DNA of 64,000 nt from the human T2T-CHM13v2.0 reference genome, Homo sapiens. Both the position numbers and the translations under genes were made by a program. Below, piece by piece: positions 33,570-53,822 of the stretch (position 1 is the first letter of the stretch; each line of letters starts with the position of its first letter). Location of the stretch: the NCBI RefSeq assembly GCF_009914755.1, contig NC_060927.1; one strand, written 5' to 3'. The notes below the pieces were generated by a model that was given only the letters and a program-made list of their open reading frames with translations, was not told where the DNA came from and did no database searches.

Positions 33570-34295
33570 GTATGTTATATAAATTATATTTTATTAAAAC
33601 ATTGCAAAAAAAATTAACAGAGAAGGGGGTAGGGGAGACAATTAACACAAAACAGCTGCTACATTCCTTAATTCTCTAACCAGTTACAAATTCTAATTTG
33701 AGAATCATGACTTTTTTCTTCCACTACCCATTCCACGTTCCCCTTATCCTCTGCTAAAACCTTAGCTGGATGGGGTTCTTTACCTGATAGGGTGAGCCAA
33801 ACCCCCTTCCTGTCATACCTCAGTCTTTGGGGCGTTTACTGATTGCTATAGTGAATCCCCTGGGTTTCAAACACCTTACCTGGTAAGGTAACAACTCATT
33901 TTCTCATTATTAATTGGTTTCTATCATGCGTCCGTAAGAGTCACCCCTTTAGCTCCCTCTAGGTTAAGTAGCACAAGAGCCAAAAACGGCCAAACAGAGG
34001 GGCTCAATTTTCCATTTAACAGGACTGCCTGACTGTTAAGCATGGAAAAGCATTCCTTCCTTGGGCACTTGGACACAAACCCACCAAATCCATGGTTATG
34101 AAGATTAAAGGGAGAAGTTCTGGAAGTGTATTGAAAGGAATAATAATGAAAGGGGCCCTTCCTACCTTACCTTTTGGTTCTCGAACCCTTGGATCCTGAC
34201 TATAAGGCAGTCACCACTGTAGAATTAAGGCATGTATGTACTGCATCCTCTAGAACAGCACCTCAAATTTTAGTAGGTCTTTCCATCATTCTTTC
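33570..34295 (-). other. Putative L1 3'-transduced segment, resembling a degenerate ERVL/MaLR internal sequence
   Basis: Lies between two T-tracts (33560-33569, 34296-34308). Minus-strand AATAAA at 33590-33595 is 20 nt before the distal poly(A). ERVL-like identity judged by eye. Confidence 0.7.
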
Positions 34296-36906
<2,611 letters not shown>

Positions 36907-38622
36907 ATTTGTTTTGTTCAATTTGTAAATTTGATTATGTGAATCATTTTAATCTTGGTTATATAATTATTCTAAAGTGGATATTAAGTCTTGCTGAAAT
37001 TTAATCACAATTTTTGGAAATCCTAAATGGGGGCAGTGGGGAAGAGGAGAAAATACTTTCAGTTCAAATGCAAACATTTAACATTTCATTTAAATGTTCT
37101 CTTCAATATAAAGTGATTAAACTGTATGCTCAATGTATTCAGCTGATTTACAAACATTTATGCTTTAGCCATAAACCCTAACGTTACAATCCTGTATAGT
37201 AATGGTCTTGTCCGTGAGTAGCTCACAGACAGATGATTGGCAGGTCGGCTGGGTCTAAAAATAAAACAATGAGAAGAAGAGTTGAGTATCCACAGGGAAG
37301 TAGAAAAATAATAAGACTGGTTTTCCAGTGAGGGTTATGGAAATCAGTATCTTCAACTTAAAGACACACATTGTGAATGATTTAAGTTTTAATGAGGTGC
37401 AAGTTAGATTGTGACTCTGAATTACTTCATAAGACAGAAGTGTAGTTAAAGCTTTAATCACATTAGTTTATTTCACTGTCAACAATCATTTTACAATACC
37501 ACAGTGCATTTAATAGTGGAAATGAAAACAACCCAGAAGAAATACAGTACCAGAGTCATAAGTTCAAACTTAAGGACTCACATGAGTGAGCTAAAATAAA
37601 ACTAAAATGTCACATTTTGAAAACCAATCAGTGAGTCAGCCCATCAGGCACTCAACATTTCTGGAAGACCTACTATGTGGTAAGAATTGAACGAAGATTT
37701 TTCTTGTGGAGAATGAAGGGGGAGTTTGAACTGAGGATGGATCTGATTAAATAAATATTTCTAGAAGATCACAGATAACTTTGCAGTAACATGTAGAATA
37801 TATTGGAAGAAGGAGATACTAGAGCACAGGAGCCAATTAGGAAGGCATGAGGGCTTGGCCATGTTATGGGGTTAGAGAGGAATGAGTGGAAGATAGAAAT
37901 ATTTTAAAAGAAGAATCAACAAGATGGACCTCATAAGATTTCATGATGTAAGTTGGCATTATTGATAGAAATAGGAAAGATGGGAAATCTACCTGCTCTT
38001 GCAGTTGAGCAGGTAGATTTTGGGTTGGTGTGGAATATCTTCCATTTAAGATGCTGGTAGTTCATCTAAATGGTTGCTGGATCAATTTAATTTACCATAA
38101 GAACCCAAAGTATATGTGATTTCTTCATAATGTCACCTACTATAATTTTATGCAGTGATGAGGCTGAGTTTGAAAAGATGCAATCTATTAATTGTATTTT
38201 TACACATTTACCTTCTGTTAATTAATACTAGTCAGATATAATACTTACTGCAGAAAGCTGAGATTTAACTGTATCTTTGAAACCTACTTTCTTATACAAT
38301 GAATGTTGTCTACATCTTATCGATATATGAACTGTAAACAGATTCAAACTTTGCCTATGTTGAATCTGTTTGTCAGGAGATTGGGGTCTAAAAGTATTTT
38401 GCACAATATTGAGTTAATCACAGCATGCCACAATCTTTAAAACAGTTCACAGAGGCTAGTATGTTCAGCTTAATGTGGATCTCTAAATTCTATGCTTTCA
38501 TGTAAACAAGCTGTAGTCCAGAACCACCAGGCCTGCACTTAGCCATCGGGCTCTATTTTAATCTCACTTCTCCTTCAAAATTACTGTCTTCCTGAAATGC
38601 CAAACATATCTGTCACAAATTA

Positions 38623-39124
<502 letters not shown>

Positions 39125-42100
39125 TCTCTGTACTAATCATACATGAACCATAAAATCCAGCCAATTTAATTTATAGTCGTGTAATGCTGTTTAAAAACCC
39201 TTGCTTAAATATTTCACACCCTAAAAGTGTTAGTCCCATACCAAGAAGTAGAGTAGTTCCTTGAATGCTGGGGTTGCATCCTCAGTTTCCACTATAGTAT
39301 TTGAAAATAGGAGGTATCCAGTAATAAAAGCAGCAGGGAGGGAAGAGTATAATGCCTTGGTGACAGTCACAACAAACTGGTGACTCTCTAAGATGTTATT
39401 AATGAATAGAAAACTGAACTGCAGCTATATCATCTCAGGACATGTTCTGGGTATTTTGATTTTTTTAAAAAATTGCAAATAGCTGATTATCTTACCATTT
39501 ATTGTTTCTCTTAAAACAACTTACTGTCTCTTAAAAAAACTTAGTAAAAACAAAACCACAAAGTAATAAAACCACTAAAAATCCAGCAGGCAATTGGTTT
39601 GCTTCCAATTATAATGCATCTAGATAGTTGATTACTATGCAGTCATAAAAAATAATGAAAAATACATTATGATTCACGTTTAAATTACAGAACATTATGT
39701 ATAGTGCAATTTTATTTTTATTTTAAAAAAGATATATTAACTTAAAAATTGTTCCTGTCTTAAGATAAATATGTATTTTGGTAAAGATACATACCAGAAT
39801 CCAATCAGTGATTATCTCTGAGCAATGGGATTACAGGTGATTTTTAAAGTTTTGCTTCTCTGTATGTTATTTTTTTCTATAGTGAACATGTATTATAAGA
39901 AAGATAATTACAAGAAAAAATAAAAATAATTAAACTGTTTTAAAATTTATAAACCCCAGAGTCACAGCTGCATAAAAATAAATTTTAATTGCTTTTAAGT
40001 TAGTATTTACTGCATTTTATTTAGGACTAACAATTTCTTCAGAATCTGATTTTCTTGTTACATTTTTGGAAATAACTGCAAATTTACAAAGAGATGTTAT
40101 GGCTGAAGCAAGTATGAATGAAAAGAAAGGCATCTACACAGGAGTAGCCAAGGCTGAATTTCAGGAAGGCAAGGTTTGACCAGGTCTGGCCCTCCAGGAA
40201 GAGAGAAGGTCAAGCACAATGACCACTACCATTCATTGAATCTTACTGTATCCAAGCATCATGCTAATGCTTTACATAAAATATCTCTAATCCTCACTAC
40301 ATTCTTGAAAAGTTGGAGTTATTATCTCATGTATCATATAATAAAACAGACTCAGAGAAGGAAATTACTTAAAGCTATACAACTATTTAACAAGGCAGCT
40401 CCACTAGACTGACGGGACATTAGTGAGACCAAAGCAAGAAGGCAAATTGGTCCATGTAGAGATGGAAAGATGCTGATAAGCCCTGAGTTTCACTTCAACA
40501 TTCCTCTGAATCAATGTTTAGTACAATACTACTAGGTCAATGGTTGGTCCTTCAATAACCTCCAACAACAAGTAGGGCCACAGTTAACATCACTGACACA
40601 ACACATGGGAGAGCAAACTATTTCATATGAAGAAAAGGTGCATGGGGTTTATCCTGATGACACAGTGGTGGGAGGGCAACCAGTGAGGGAGAAAGGGGGA
40701 TGCTTGCAGCTAGCTCAAGGAAGTGTGCAAAATGCATAGCCTATCTAAATTATTCAATACTCACAGTGAGAGATGGTAATGAATGGTAATGTGTCCTCCT
40801 TGTAACCAACATCTGGCAGGTAGAGGTGAGTGTAGACAATAAAGCTACACCAAATTGTCAATCATTTCACTGTTACTCTCTTTGGAATTTATCACTATCT
40901 AAACATCTATCTATCACTATCTAAATATGTGTATATTTTGTTTAAAACTCATCTCTCTCTCTCTAAAATATAAATTATATGAGAACAGGGGGTTTTGTCT
41001 ATTTTATTCATTGCTATAATCCTAGTACTTAGTTCCTGACACAGATTAGACTGTCAATAATAACTGAATGGTTGAATCAACTATATTATGAATGTCGAGC
41101 TTTCTCCTACACATTTGTTAACAAGAAGCTTGTCATACGAAAGACTGGATTGTGTTTGAGAACGGCAGTGGAATATCTGCATAGATATGGAACCCAGGTG
41201 GCCAAAGATGTGAAACTCAGACATCACTGAGATATCTGCCTGCCTGAAGTCGAACTGTGGGAGTCCTTTACATCTAGGTTGATCAGTAAAACTATGAGAT
41301 ATATTCAGTTCTGTAAAAGGCATAGTGAAATTAGAACAAAGACTCAAAATTGAGCTTTGGTAAAAGACCTCAGTTAGGCAAGAAGAACTGAAAGATAGAC
41401 AAGAATTGACCATGAAAAAAAAAGTTTTAAGAAGGTTGTGGTATGTGCACTGCTGTCAAGCTATCCCAGTGATGATTTTAACCATACATTTTAATTTAAA
41501 TAACATACATGGCAATTTCAATATAAGATGATCACTTGTTCAACTGATTAGGGTACCAGAAAGCCAAGTTGAATTATGCTGATAGATTCAATCAGAAGAG
41601 GAACCAGAATGCAGGTTGAGAGAGATCTAGTCCCCCTGACTGAGGGAGAATGAAGAAATATCCGTGTATCTGAGATTACTACTTAAAGGCTAACATAAAG
41701 AAGAGCTCAAAAGTGGATCTTCAATAACATTTCACAAATTTGTACAATAATCTGCAGCACAGTGGATGCAAAATTTTTAGAATTTGTCCTGGAGCTAAAC
41801 CATTAAATATACCCCAAAGGAGTCACAGTTTCCTGGAGAGGCAGGGAATCCACTTTGGATTCTTTTAATTCTGTAGTTGATCTGCTTACTGTTTGCTGCC
41901 TCTTACTATGTCCCTCTTGGGTGCTGTGCTAAGTATAGTAGGGGCAACAAAAAAGAACAGAACACAGTCCCTAAGGGGCTTGCCATCTTGTGTTTCAGCA
42001 GAGTGAATGGGTAAAAGACAAACTGTACTGGGTTCAAGATGAAATATGATGCAAAGAAATGGGCACCGTTAATCTAAGACACCATTTTTCTTTCTCCCTC

Positions 42101-42429
42101 CTTTATTTTCTCCTCTTCTCCCTTTGGAGGTAACCCTCTGTTGTAAATGAGTTAAGAGAAGAGAACCAGAAAAAGCTGAAGTTACTCCTTTTTCGAGTTA
42201 AAAAAGCAGCCGGCATATAATGACTCAAGGGAAATTACAATAAAACACAAAAAAACCCACATTAGTAAAATATTGGTAAAAATGAGAATGAGACAGGTTA
42301 GCAATTAGATACTCTTCCAAATATTAAACACTGGTCAAGGAGTTACTAACTTGTGTAACCTGTGCCAATGTCTTAACTCTCTGACCTTCAATTTCCTCAT
42401 TATAAAAATGCGAGCATTAGGTTAGAACA

Positions 42430-42602
42430 GCAGTTCTCAAATGTTTGTCCATTTAAAAATCAGGGACTTGTTAATAAACTACATTCCCTAGCCTCAGCCA
42501 AGGATTCTGACTTGAAACCTCCTACATGAGACCCAGAAGACTGCATTTTAGACACACCCCTCATATGGTGTGATGCATAGTCCTTGCTCTGGAGAACACT
42601 GT
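42430..42602. mobile_element. MER5-type MITE (degenerate)
   Basis: cagttctcaaa ... gattctga ... ctgcatttt ... gagaacactg termini. Confidence 0.6.
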
Positions 42603-43747
42603 CTGAGAGATCATGCACTGTGCAAGGCTCCATTACAAAAGGAAAATAGCAGAAATATTAACTACACATCTTGTAATTTCTTTTCTTTCTCTTTCTACTC
42701 ATGTATTCCCATTGTAATACATTCACAAATAGTTTACAGGTGGAATTATTTCACAAATAGAAGTATAATTTAATCTGTATGCAATTCCTTCTGCAGTGAA
42801 ATAAAAATTATACTTTTATCAGAAAATGAGGCTTAAACACAACACTGCATTCAAACTAAGAAAAATAATTAACTCACAGTCACAAAGCAAAATGAAGTTT
42901 CCAGAAGATTTCATGAGTTATGGTTTATGATATGGAGAGAAGAGTTTGAGCTATCAAATGGAAAATGTTTTCATTCTCCCACTGAAAATACGTTTTAGGA
43001 GTCATGGTTATTTAATATGCTTATATTAGGCATTCATGCAGCTCCTGTGTGCATCCAGGGACTGGCATGGACGTTTTCTACAGAGAAGCGGAAGGAGAGC
43101 AGGAAGTGAAGCATCTTGGTCTTCAGGAACCTTGTGACTGCTTCAATGTAGACACATACTCCCATACATGGAAAAAGTGGTACTTGAGTTTGTGCTTTAT
43201 CCTTTGGGTAACTCCTCTGCCACCTGGTATTTTCAGGCTAATAGTATTTTATTTTGAAAAATACCATATTTTCCTTTAGTGGCAAAGATACATGGCTTGA
43301 TTACATGACCATTCAGTGCTAACACTCCTCATACTGTCAGATGATTTGGATCCAAGTGAAATTACCATCCTCATTTCCTCAACCATGAATTTTTTGAAAT
43401 TCAGCTACTTAGTGATTCATTTCAAAAAGCTCTCCTGCTATCATTCCCCCTCAGCATTTAATCTGTTTCAAATTTAAGTTTACAAGGAGTTCAAGAGCTT
43501 TGATGGTTCCATATTTATTAAGTGAAGATCAAAGACTCTCTTTGCTTTTTTGAGTTTTTTTTGTCTGAAAGGGATGACATAACATTTCAGATGTCTTTCT
43601 GACCAAGGAATTCAGCATGAAAATGCCTTCCTTTTCAAGCATTTACTTCTGTCTAAGCCTAAACATTCTCCAAATTATAAGCACATTGCCATCAAACATA
43701 AACTTTTATTCAGTGTTGTATTTCAAAGACTCCAGGAATTTAGCATA

Positions 43748-43749
<2 letters not shown>

Positions 43750-43790
<41 letters not shown>
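43750..43790. repeat. Poly(T)41 homopolymer
   Basis: Direct count. Confidence 0.95.
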
Positions 43791-43793
<3 letters not shown>

Positions 43794-44760
43794 ACCAGAA
43801 ACCGCTGTCCCTTTTCTTCCCACAAAGCCCTTTTTCTAGTTAGATTGGCTTCAGTGCTTATAAAGAGGTATAAGTGAAAGGTTATCTTTCTAAATAGATC
43901 TTGTAGAGAATATGGCTTTGTTGTGTTGTTTCTAACAAAAAATAATCAATGAATTTAAAAGATGGATCATATATGGAGAAAATATTATAGAAATATATAA
44001 CAGACAAAAGATTAATGTCCAGAATACATAAGGACCTCCTAAAAACCAGCAAGAAGAAAAGGACAAAGAAGAGAAAAGAAAAGAAAGCAAAATATTTGAT
44101 CACAGAACAGAAAGCCCAAATGATCAATAAATGTGAAAAGATACTCAAACTCATCCATAATCAGAAAAAAAAAAACAAAGTAAGTAACTAAATACTATTT
44201 TACACAGATCATACTGGCAAAGATTATAAAGTTTAACAATACTGCATATGGCCAAGATGTAGAGAAGCAGGATTTGAGTAAATAGCATTAAACATTTTAT
44301 AGAACAACTGGCAATACATTTGAAAATATACATATCCTATGACCCATCAGTTCTATTTCTAGGAATATATCCTAGAGAAACTTTGCACTTATGCACAAGG
44401 AGATAAAGCATTAGCTGTGATACTAACAACTGCTTGTAATAAACACTAAGAATATCTTAAATGTCCATCAAGTCAATAAGGGAGAAATAAACTGGGGTAC
44501 TGTTAAATGATGGAATCTATGCAGCCGTTAAAAGGAGTTATCAAGACCTATATGTATCAACATGGACATAGAAAATGAATAAAAAAGCAAGTTGCAGAAC
44601 CTTATGTACTATATATACTATTTATGTAGACTTAAAACCATACGAATCAACATTGTATATTATTAACATATGTATATAGCAAAAGATCATAGAATAAACA
44701 GAATTCCTGATTACAGGTGCCTCTGTGGAAGGTAGGAGAAATGGGACTGAAAGAGGGTCC

Positions 44761-45012
44761 GGCTGGGCGCAGTGGCTCATGCCTGTAATCACAGCACTTT
44801 GGGGAGATTCAAGACCAGCCTGGGCAACATGGTGAAACCCTATTTCTACAGAAAAATACAAAAATTTGCTGAGCATGGTGGCACGTGCCTGTAGTCTCAG
44901 CTGCCTAGGGGACTGAGGCAGGCGGATCATTTGAACCCAGGAGGTTGAGGCTGCGGTGAGCCCAGATTGTGCCACTGCACTCCAGCCTGGGTGACAAAGT
45001 GAGACCCTGCCT

Positions 45013-45038
<26 letters not shown>
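44761..45038 (+). mobile_element. AluJ with internal left-arm deletion
   Basis: cagcactttggggag joined directly to ttcaagaccagcc; A26 tail. Confidence 0.9.
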
Positions 45039-45043
<5 letters not shown>

Positions 45044-45050
45044 AGAGGGT

Positions 45051-45705
<655 letters not shown>

Positions 45706-47587
45706 AGGTTCCATAGGAGATTTCATCTTTACATGTGCTGTGTTTCGTTTTTCATTAGAAGATGAAGCAAATAAAACAGTGCTAATATATATTACTTGAG
45801 TGGAGAGTGCACTGGTTTATGTCATATTATTCTTTGTACTTCTTTGTATTTTAGTTATTAAAACTAAAATAAATAATAGCAGGAAATAACTGGGGGAAAA
45901 AACAAAAATACTAATGACAATTCTTTTAAACTATGAGAGTGCTATGGTGGAGCTAGCCAGCTCTGCAGAGCTAGTTTCACAAAATGCAGTGGTGATATTT
46001 ACAAAGCATTCTGAGAATTACTCATTGCAAGAATCCAAAGACAACTACAAAGATTGGGAATATTTGCGTCACAGAAAATTGAAAGTTGAGAAAATGTACA
46101 AGTTATAGAAATTAAGACATACAAATTGCTGAGTCTCCTATATTTTGTATTTGATAAGAGTAATGATTCCTACAATCTTATGTAGCTTATTGATGGAGTC
46201 TAAGTTTCTACCAATTCAAAGTCAACAACTTCCCCAAAAGCTAATCGACATGTCAAATCATCTTAAGAATTTGTAATATGAAACAATTATGTTAAACTTG
46301 ACTAAAATATATACAAAACAGTACATTCCTTTAGAGGCAGTCACAAACTCTAATATGTACAGGTAGGTAACTTTCATGAGTAAAGTGATTACAAGTGAAA
46401 ATGAATGAATTAATGTGTAAATAAATTCAACCAATTTAGTCCATCTTGGATTTTATAACCTTGGTAGACAAGGGAACAGAGGAGTATTTCTCTAGGAACA
46501 CTGGTGTAAGTCTTGGGGTAAATGGTGACTGACACTAGGCTTCAGCACTGAAGCCAGAGACAGGGATGTGGGGTTTATGGTGAACAGGAAGTACCGGTCC
46601 TATACTGGTCCTGTCTTAAAGGGGGCATGGGTACTAGCCAACTGCTTCCATACAGGAATTATGAACCACAGTGTTGTTATATGATCCGATTTTTCGATAT
46701 TAGCTAAAAAAATCCAGATTTTATGTTAATCTACTAATTTTTAAATGTCAAAAAAACTGGAGATAAGTCAAACTGTGAATTATCATATATTGAAAGAAAT
46801 ATTACACAGATGTACAAAGAATGAGGAAGCTCATAAAATACTGACGTAGCATGACTTCCATGAAATGCTAAGTAAAAAAGGCAAAGTGCAAAATGGTGTC
46901 TGAGTATAGAATAGTGTCTACAGTGATGGAAAGGGGGAGAAATGCTTTTTGCTTTTATTTTCAAAATGGGAAAGATGGAAGAATAAATCCAAGCTAATAA
47001 ATATAGTTACCCATGAGGGTGGGATGGGTGGAAGAAGGAAACACAGAAGGAAGAAAACAGAGTTGGAAGCAAAACTTCTGCACTTTGATATACAGTTTTC
47101 ACTTTGGAATTGTGTGTGTGCTTTATATAAGAAATAAGTAAAAAAAGAAAATCACCAAAACAAATGAACCTAAGTATTGAGCAGGGAGTGAGGGTCTGAG
47201 GGTCTGCATAACTGATGCCCAGGAACCCCATGGTAAAGCTCATGGTTGGCATGCCACGCCCACCACTTATACTGTCCCACAGTCAGCCCTCCCACCCAAG
47301 GGAAGGGTCGGGCAAAAAAATACGTCATCAGTGAGCAAACCCAGGCCGGTTACCTGTTATTATCAGTTTAGACCTTAATTATGAATATAGTGGATCAAAC
47401 ATTTAAGGAAAACATAAAAGAGAACCAAGGTGAACAATGTGATATAATTCAAGAGAAAACAGAAATATTTCAGTAACAAGAGACTTCTAGAATAGTTCTA
47501 ATTAGTAATCTCAAGAGATAGAGAAGATAATACAATCATCAAGTGCAAGCTGATGTTTAGAAAAGCAATCATAAAGAGTTGGATATT

Positions 47588-47910
<323 letters not shown>

Positions 47911-48169
47911 TTAAATATGATTATCAAAACAAAGAACCCATCCAATAGAAAAAGGTATGAGTGTGCTTATACATAAATTCAATTTTACATATTGTAAACA
48001 TATTAACATATAATTATATATAATACATATACATAGAAAATTTAAATACAAAACAAAAATGGCCAATGAATATTGAAAAACTGTTTAACCTCACAAGTAA
48101 ACAGGGAAATGTAAGTTAAAACTAGATACTTTTCACAGTTCAGAATGGCAAAAGTAACTGCTATTTTGG

Positions 48170-48627
48170 AAATCTAATGATGTATAAACAAATCACTCAG
48201 AAATAATGTCTTTTAAAAATCATTTATTATCTCTCATGGTTTCTGTGCATGCATGAGGAATTCATTAGTGCTTTGGCTGGGCAGTTGTGACTTGGGGTGT
48301 CTCATTCCCTCGAAGCTACAGTTTTTAAAGGCTTGACTGGGGCAGGAGAAACCACTTCCATGACTGGCAAGTTGGTGCTTGCGATTGGAGGCAGGCCTCG
48401 GTTCCGCTCCACAGATCTTCTGGAGTGTCCTAGGGGCATGGCAACTGGCTTTTTCTGAGAGAGCAGTCCAAGAAAGCCGAGGCTTTTATGTCCTAGCCTC
48501 GGAAATACCACATTATTACTCACTATATTCTATTGGACACATGGGCTAGCTCTAATTTAGTATAAAAGGGACAACCCAAAGGGTATGGAAGCTAAGCGGC
48601 GGGGATCTCTGGTGGTTGGCTACCACA
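48170..48627. mobile_element. MLT1-family LTR (degenerate)
   Basis: catttattatctctcatggtttctgtg...ggctgggcagtt...ggcttgactggggc...ggctaccaca, typical of MLT1; flanked by L1M remnants. Confidence 0.65.
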
Positions 48628-50551
48628 GCTGCGATATTCAGTTTCGGTAAGAATGGGAGGAAATCGGTGTTCTCAACCACTACTGCTGGGTGTGTAAATT
48701 ATCTTTAGAGGGCAATTTGACAGTAGCTAGTCAGATTTAAAATGCACATACCTTTGCATGTATTTTATGTAAGAGAAATGTGTAGAAGGATGCTCATTGT
48801 AGCAGGGCTTTTAATAACCAAAAAAAGGGAAAAATCTAAATATCTGTAAATAATAGAATGGATAAATTACGGAATTCTGTGAAGCAGTTAAAAATAAGTG
48901 TAGCAGAACCATGACTGACCAAGGAATGATTTCAGTTAAAAAACAAGCGGGAAAAGGATATACTTTCATTTACATAAAAAAGCAAACACATGAAAACTGT
49001 GTGTGTGTATATGTTTCTGTGTATACATATATAGACATGAAAATCCACAGGAAACCTTTAGAAGGACACATGTAAAATTTCTGGCAGTTAACTTGGAAAA
49101 TAATGTAGAGCATGGGAAGTGGAGGCAGCACTTTTACTTTATAATATTTTGTTATATCGTTTTAAAACAATTTCGTTATGCCCAGAGCAAGTCTTCAGAA
49201 AACTAAGAGAGAAGAGAGCAAGGTCGCAACTTCTAAGTCTGTTTTCACTGTGGCTTAAGAAATAGGAAAGGGGTGTTGGACACACAGCCATTAAAATACT
49301 GGCTCCCACTTAATTCTTCAGTTTCATCATCTATAAAATGGGGATAAGATACAGTATCTACTGTACAATGCCATCATGATCAAATGAGACAATGAAAGTC
49401 ACTGGCACTTAGGAAAAACTCAAAAAGTGGTGACTATTGGTTTAGGTCTATTCTAAATCTCTTATTAGAAATAAAACTGTTTTGGTCAATATGCAGAGTG
49501 TAACTGAATACATGCTAAGAGAAATAAAACCAATCATGACCTGTATTGGTTTCCTCTTCTTCTCCCAAAAGTATTTAAGGAAGGTGTGCTACCTGGATCC
49601 GTTATTAGTTTATGAAGAGTGTATCTGCTGGTACTATAAAATCAAAACACAACTTATTGTTGTAGACGAAAAAAAGTCTTTAGAAAAGCTTAACTATGGT
49701 TAGAAAAATCAATTTCAATTATAACACCTCAACTTGAACATTTCTATTAAAGTTTCTATATTTCAATATTAATAACTTCTAACTTCAATTGTAACACCTT
49801 CTCAACTTGAACATTTCTATTAAAGTATCTATATTCACATAACACCTATTAAAACAGCAACCCACTTACAGGTCTCTGATTCTATAAACTTGCAACTTGA
49901 TAGATGTAGAAATGAATCTTGCCTACACCACTGATTCATTGAATTGTCAGGACAGGTCATTTCCCTTCTCTGGGCTTGAGTTTTCCTCATTGGAAAAGTA
50001 AGAAATCTGGGTTAAATTATCTCTAACAACCCTTTCTATCTCAGAAGTGTTCTATGACAAAGTGTTCTCTGGCCCTCCTTTAATCAGAAGCACTATTTTC
50101 CTTGTGAATTGATCAAAGCATCAGATGTACTTCTCGTTCACCATGAGAATGTGGTTTCCAGCAAAGGACTTTCTTAAAAATAAAACACTGCAGCAACAAG
50201 CAGTGTCTGTGGAATTCATCATGATGGGATCTGACCTGAAACCAGGGTATAGATTCTTTTTAAATAATGTGCAATGGCAGTGGAAAGCTTATTAATCAGA
50301 AGATCCTAAATAAAATGTACCTTAATATTGGTCGCTCACTGAGGGGTCTGTACTATCGGCCATTCTTTGCCTAAGTTACTTTTGCCTTACCAGTTTACTG
50401 TCACTTAACTTTTCACATCATCAAGAACTGTGTTGTCCCATACCTTCTGTACCATTTCCAAACTTTTCTGAATAATAAAATATCTACTAACATATATTGG
50501 GTAGGCTCAGGGTTGAAAATCTCATGAAATATATTTATGAAAAGTGTTTTT

Positions 50552-52660
<2,109 letters not shown>

Positions 52661-53138
52661 AATATGTATATATATTGAAAAGTATTCCCAAAAAAAGGGT
52701 GCAACTACCTTTTCTCTTTGACAGTTCAACTCTATAACAACATAAAACATTTGAACTCGAATAATGTTTTCTGCTTAAAGCCACAGTAAAAGTTAGAATG
52801 CATCCATTCAGTTGAGTTCCTACATTCTATTACCATCTTTATAAAACTGCTTGAAAAGTTCTAGGTTTTTTCATGCTGGTTAACAGGATTAGCCCATATG
52901 ATCATCAAAATACTCACTGTGCCAATAGCAGACACCACAAGACAGGTAAGTGTCAAGTTCTTCCAATCTTAAGTACTTGGCCACTATAGGTTAAAATTTT
53001 GAGTCTGAGAGTTCCAGAAAACGTTCTTATATTCAAGACATATTAATAATTTCAGATGCATAAACTTCTTTTGAAATATAACTTTTTAGCAAAAAATGAT
53101 TCTCAACAGAGTTTTACTGCAATTATAAAGCAAATATT

Positions 53139-53272
53139 AGCTGGGAGCAATGGCTCATGCCTGTAGTCCCAGCTACTTGGAAGGCTGAGGTGAGAGGGTT
53201 GCTTAAGCCCAGGAGTTCCAAGCATCTTAGGCAACATAGCAACATCTCATCTCTCAAAAGAAAAAAAGAATA
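53139..53272 (+). mobile_element. FLAM (free left Alu monomer)
   Basis: ~130-bp monomer with A tail. Confidence 0.82.
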
Positions 53273-53816
53273 AATATAAGACCTTTGTTTCCAGATCTTA
53301 TTATATATTTTATAATACATGTCACGTTCTATTGAGTGGCACAGGGTGAGACTCTTGAGTGTGTCTTTTTCTTGTATAAAGAGTTGAGAACTCACTTTGC
53401 AGAATATCACAAAGGAATCTGGAGGCTTGGGGCTATGTCTTTTTCACCACTGCTTCCTCCACAGTGCTATCACAATGCTTTGTACATAAATGCTTAATAA
53501 ATGTTCACTAAATTTGAGAGGTTATACAGAATATACACAAAACCTCTTGATACAACATATAGATACTGTATAATATAGTTACATAGTTTCAAAATCAAGA
53601 ATATTTTATTCAATGAGGTAGATAAAAATATAACTCAAAGGTAAGGCATTTTCAAAATGTCCACGTATTATGGAATTTAAAATGTATCCTAGTTTATGTT
53701 GTCAATGTTAAATGTTTTCATAACTCATATCTATTCAAGTATTTTTCAATGTTTAGAAAAAAGATTTTTATTTAGCCAAAATAACCACTAAAAAGATGTA
53801 AGGCAAAATACTTCAT

Positions 53817-53822
53817 TTTATT
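53817..53822 (-). terminator. Polyadenylation signal AATAAA (likely distal NGLY1 site)
   Basis: tttatt on plus, ~500 nt after the stop codon; U/GU-rich sequence follows on the minus strand. Confidence 0.6.

Noticed and set aside
40400-41800. Possible ancient CR1/L3 or pseudogene remnants (including the 110-aa ORF)
   Set aside because: Too degenerate to assign without a Dfam/tBLASTn search.
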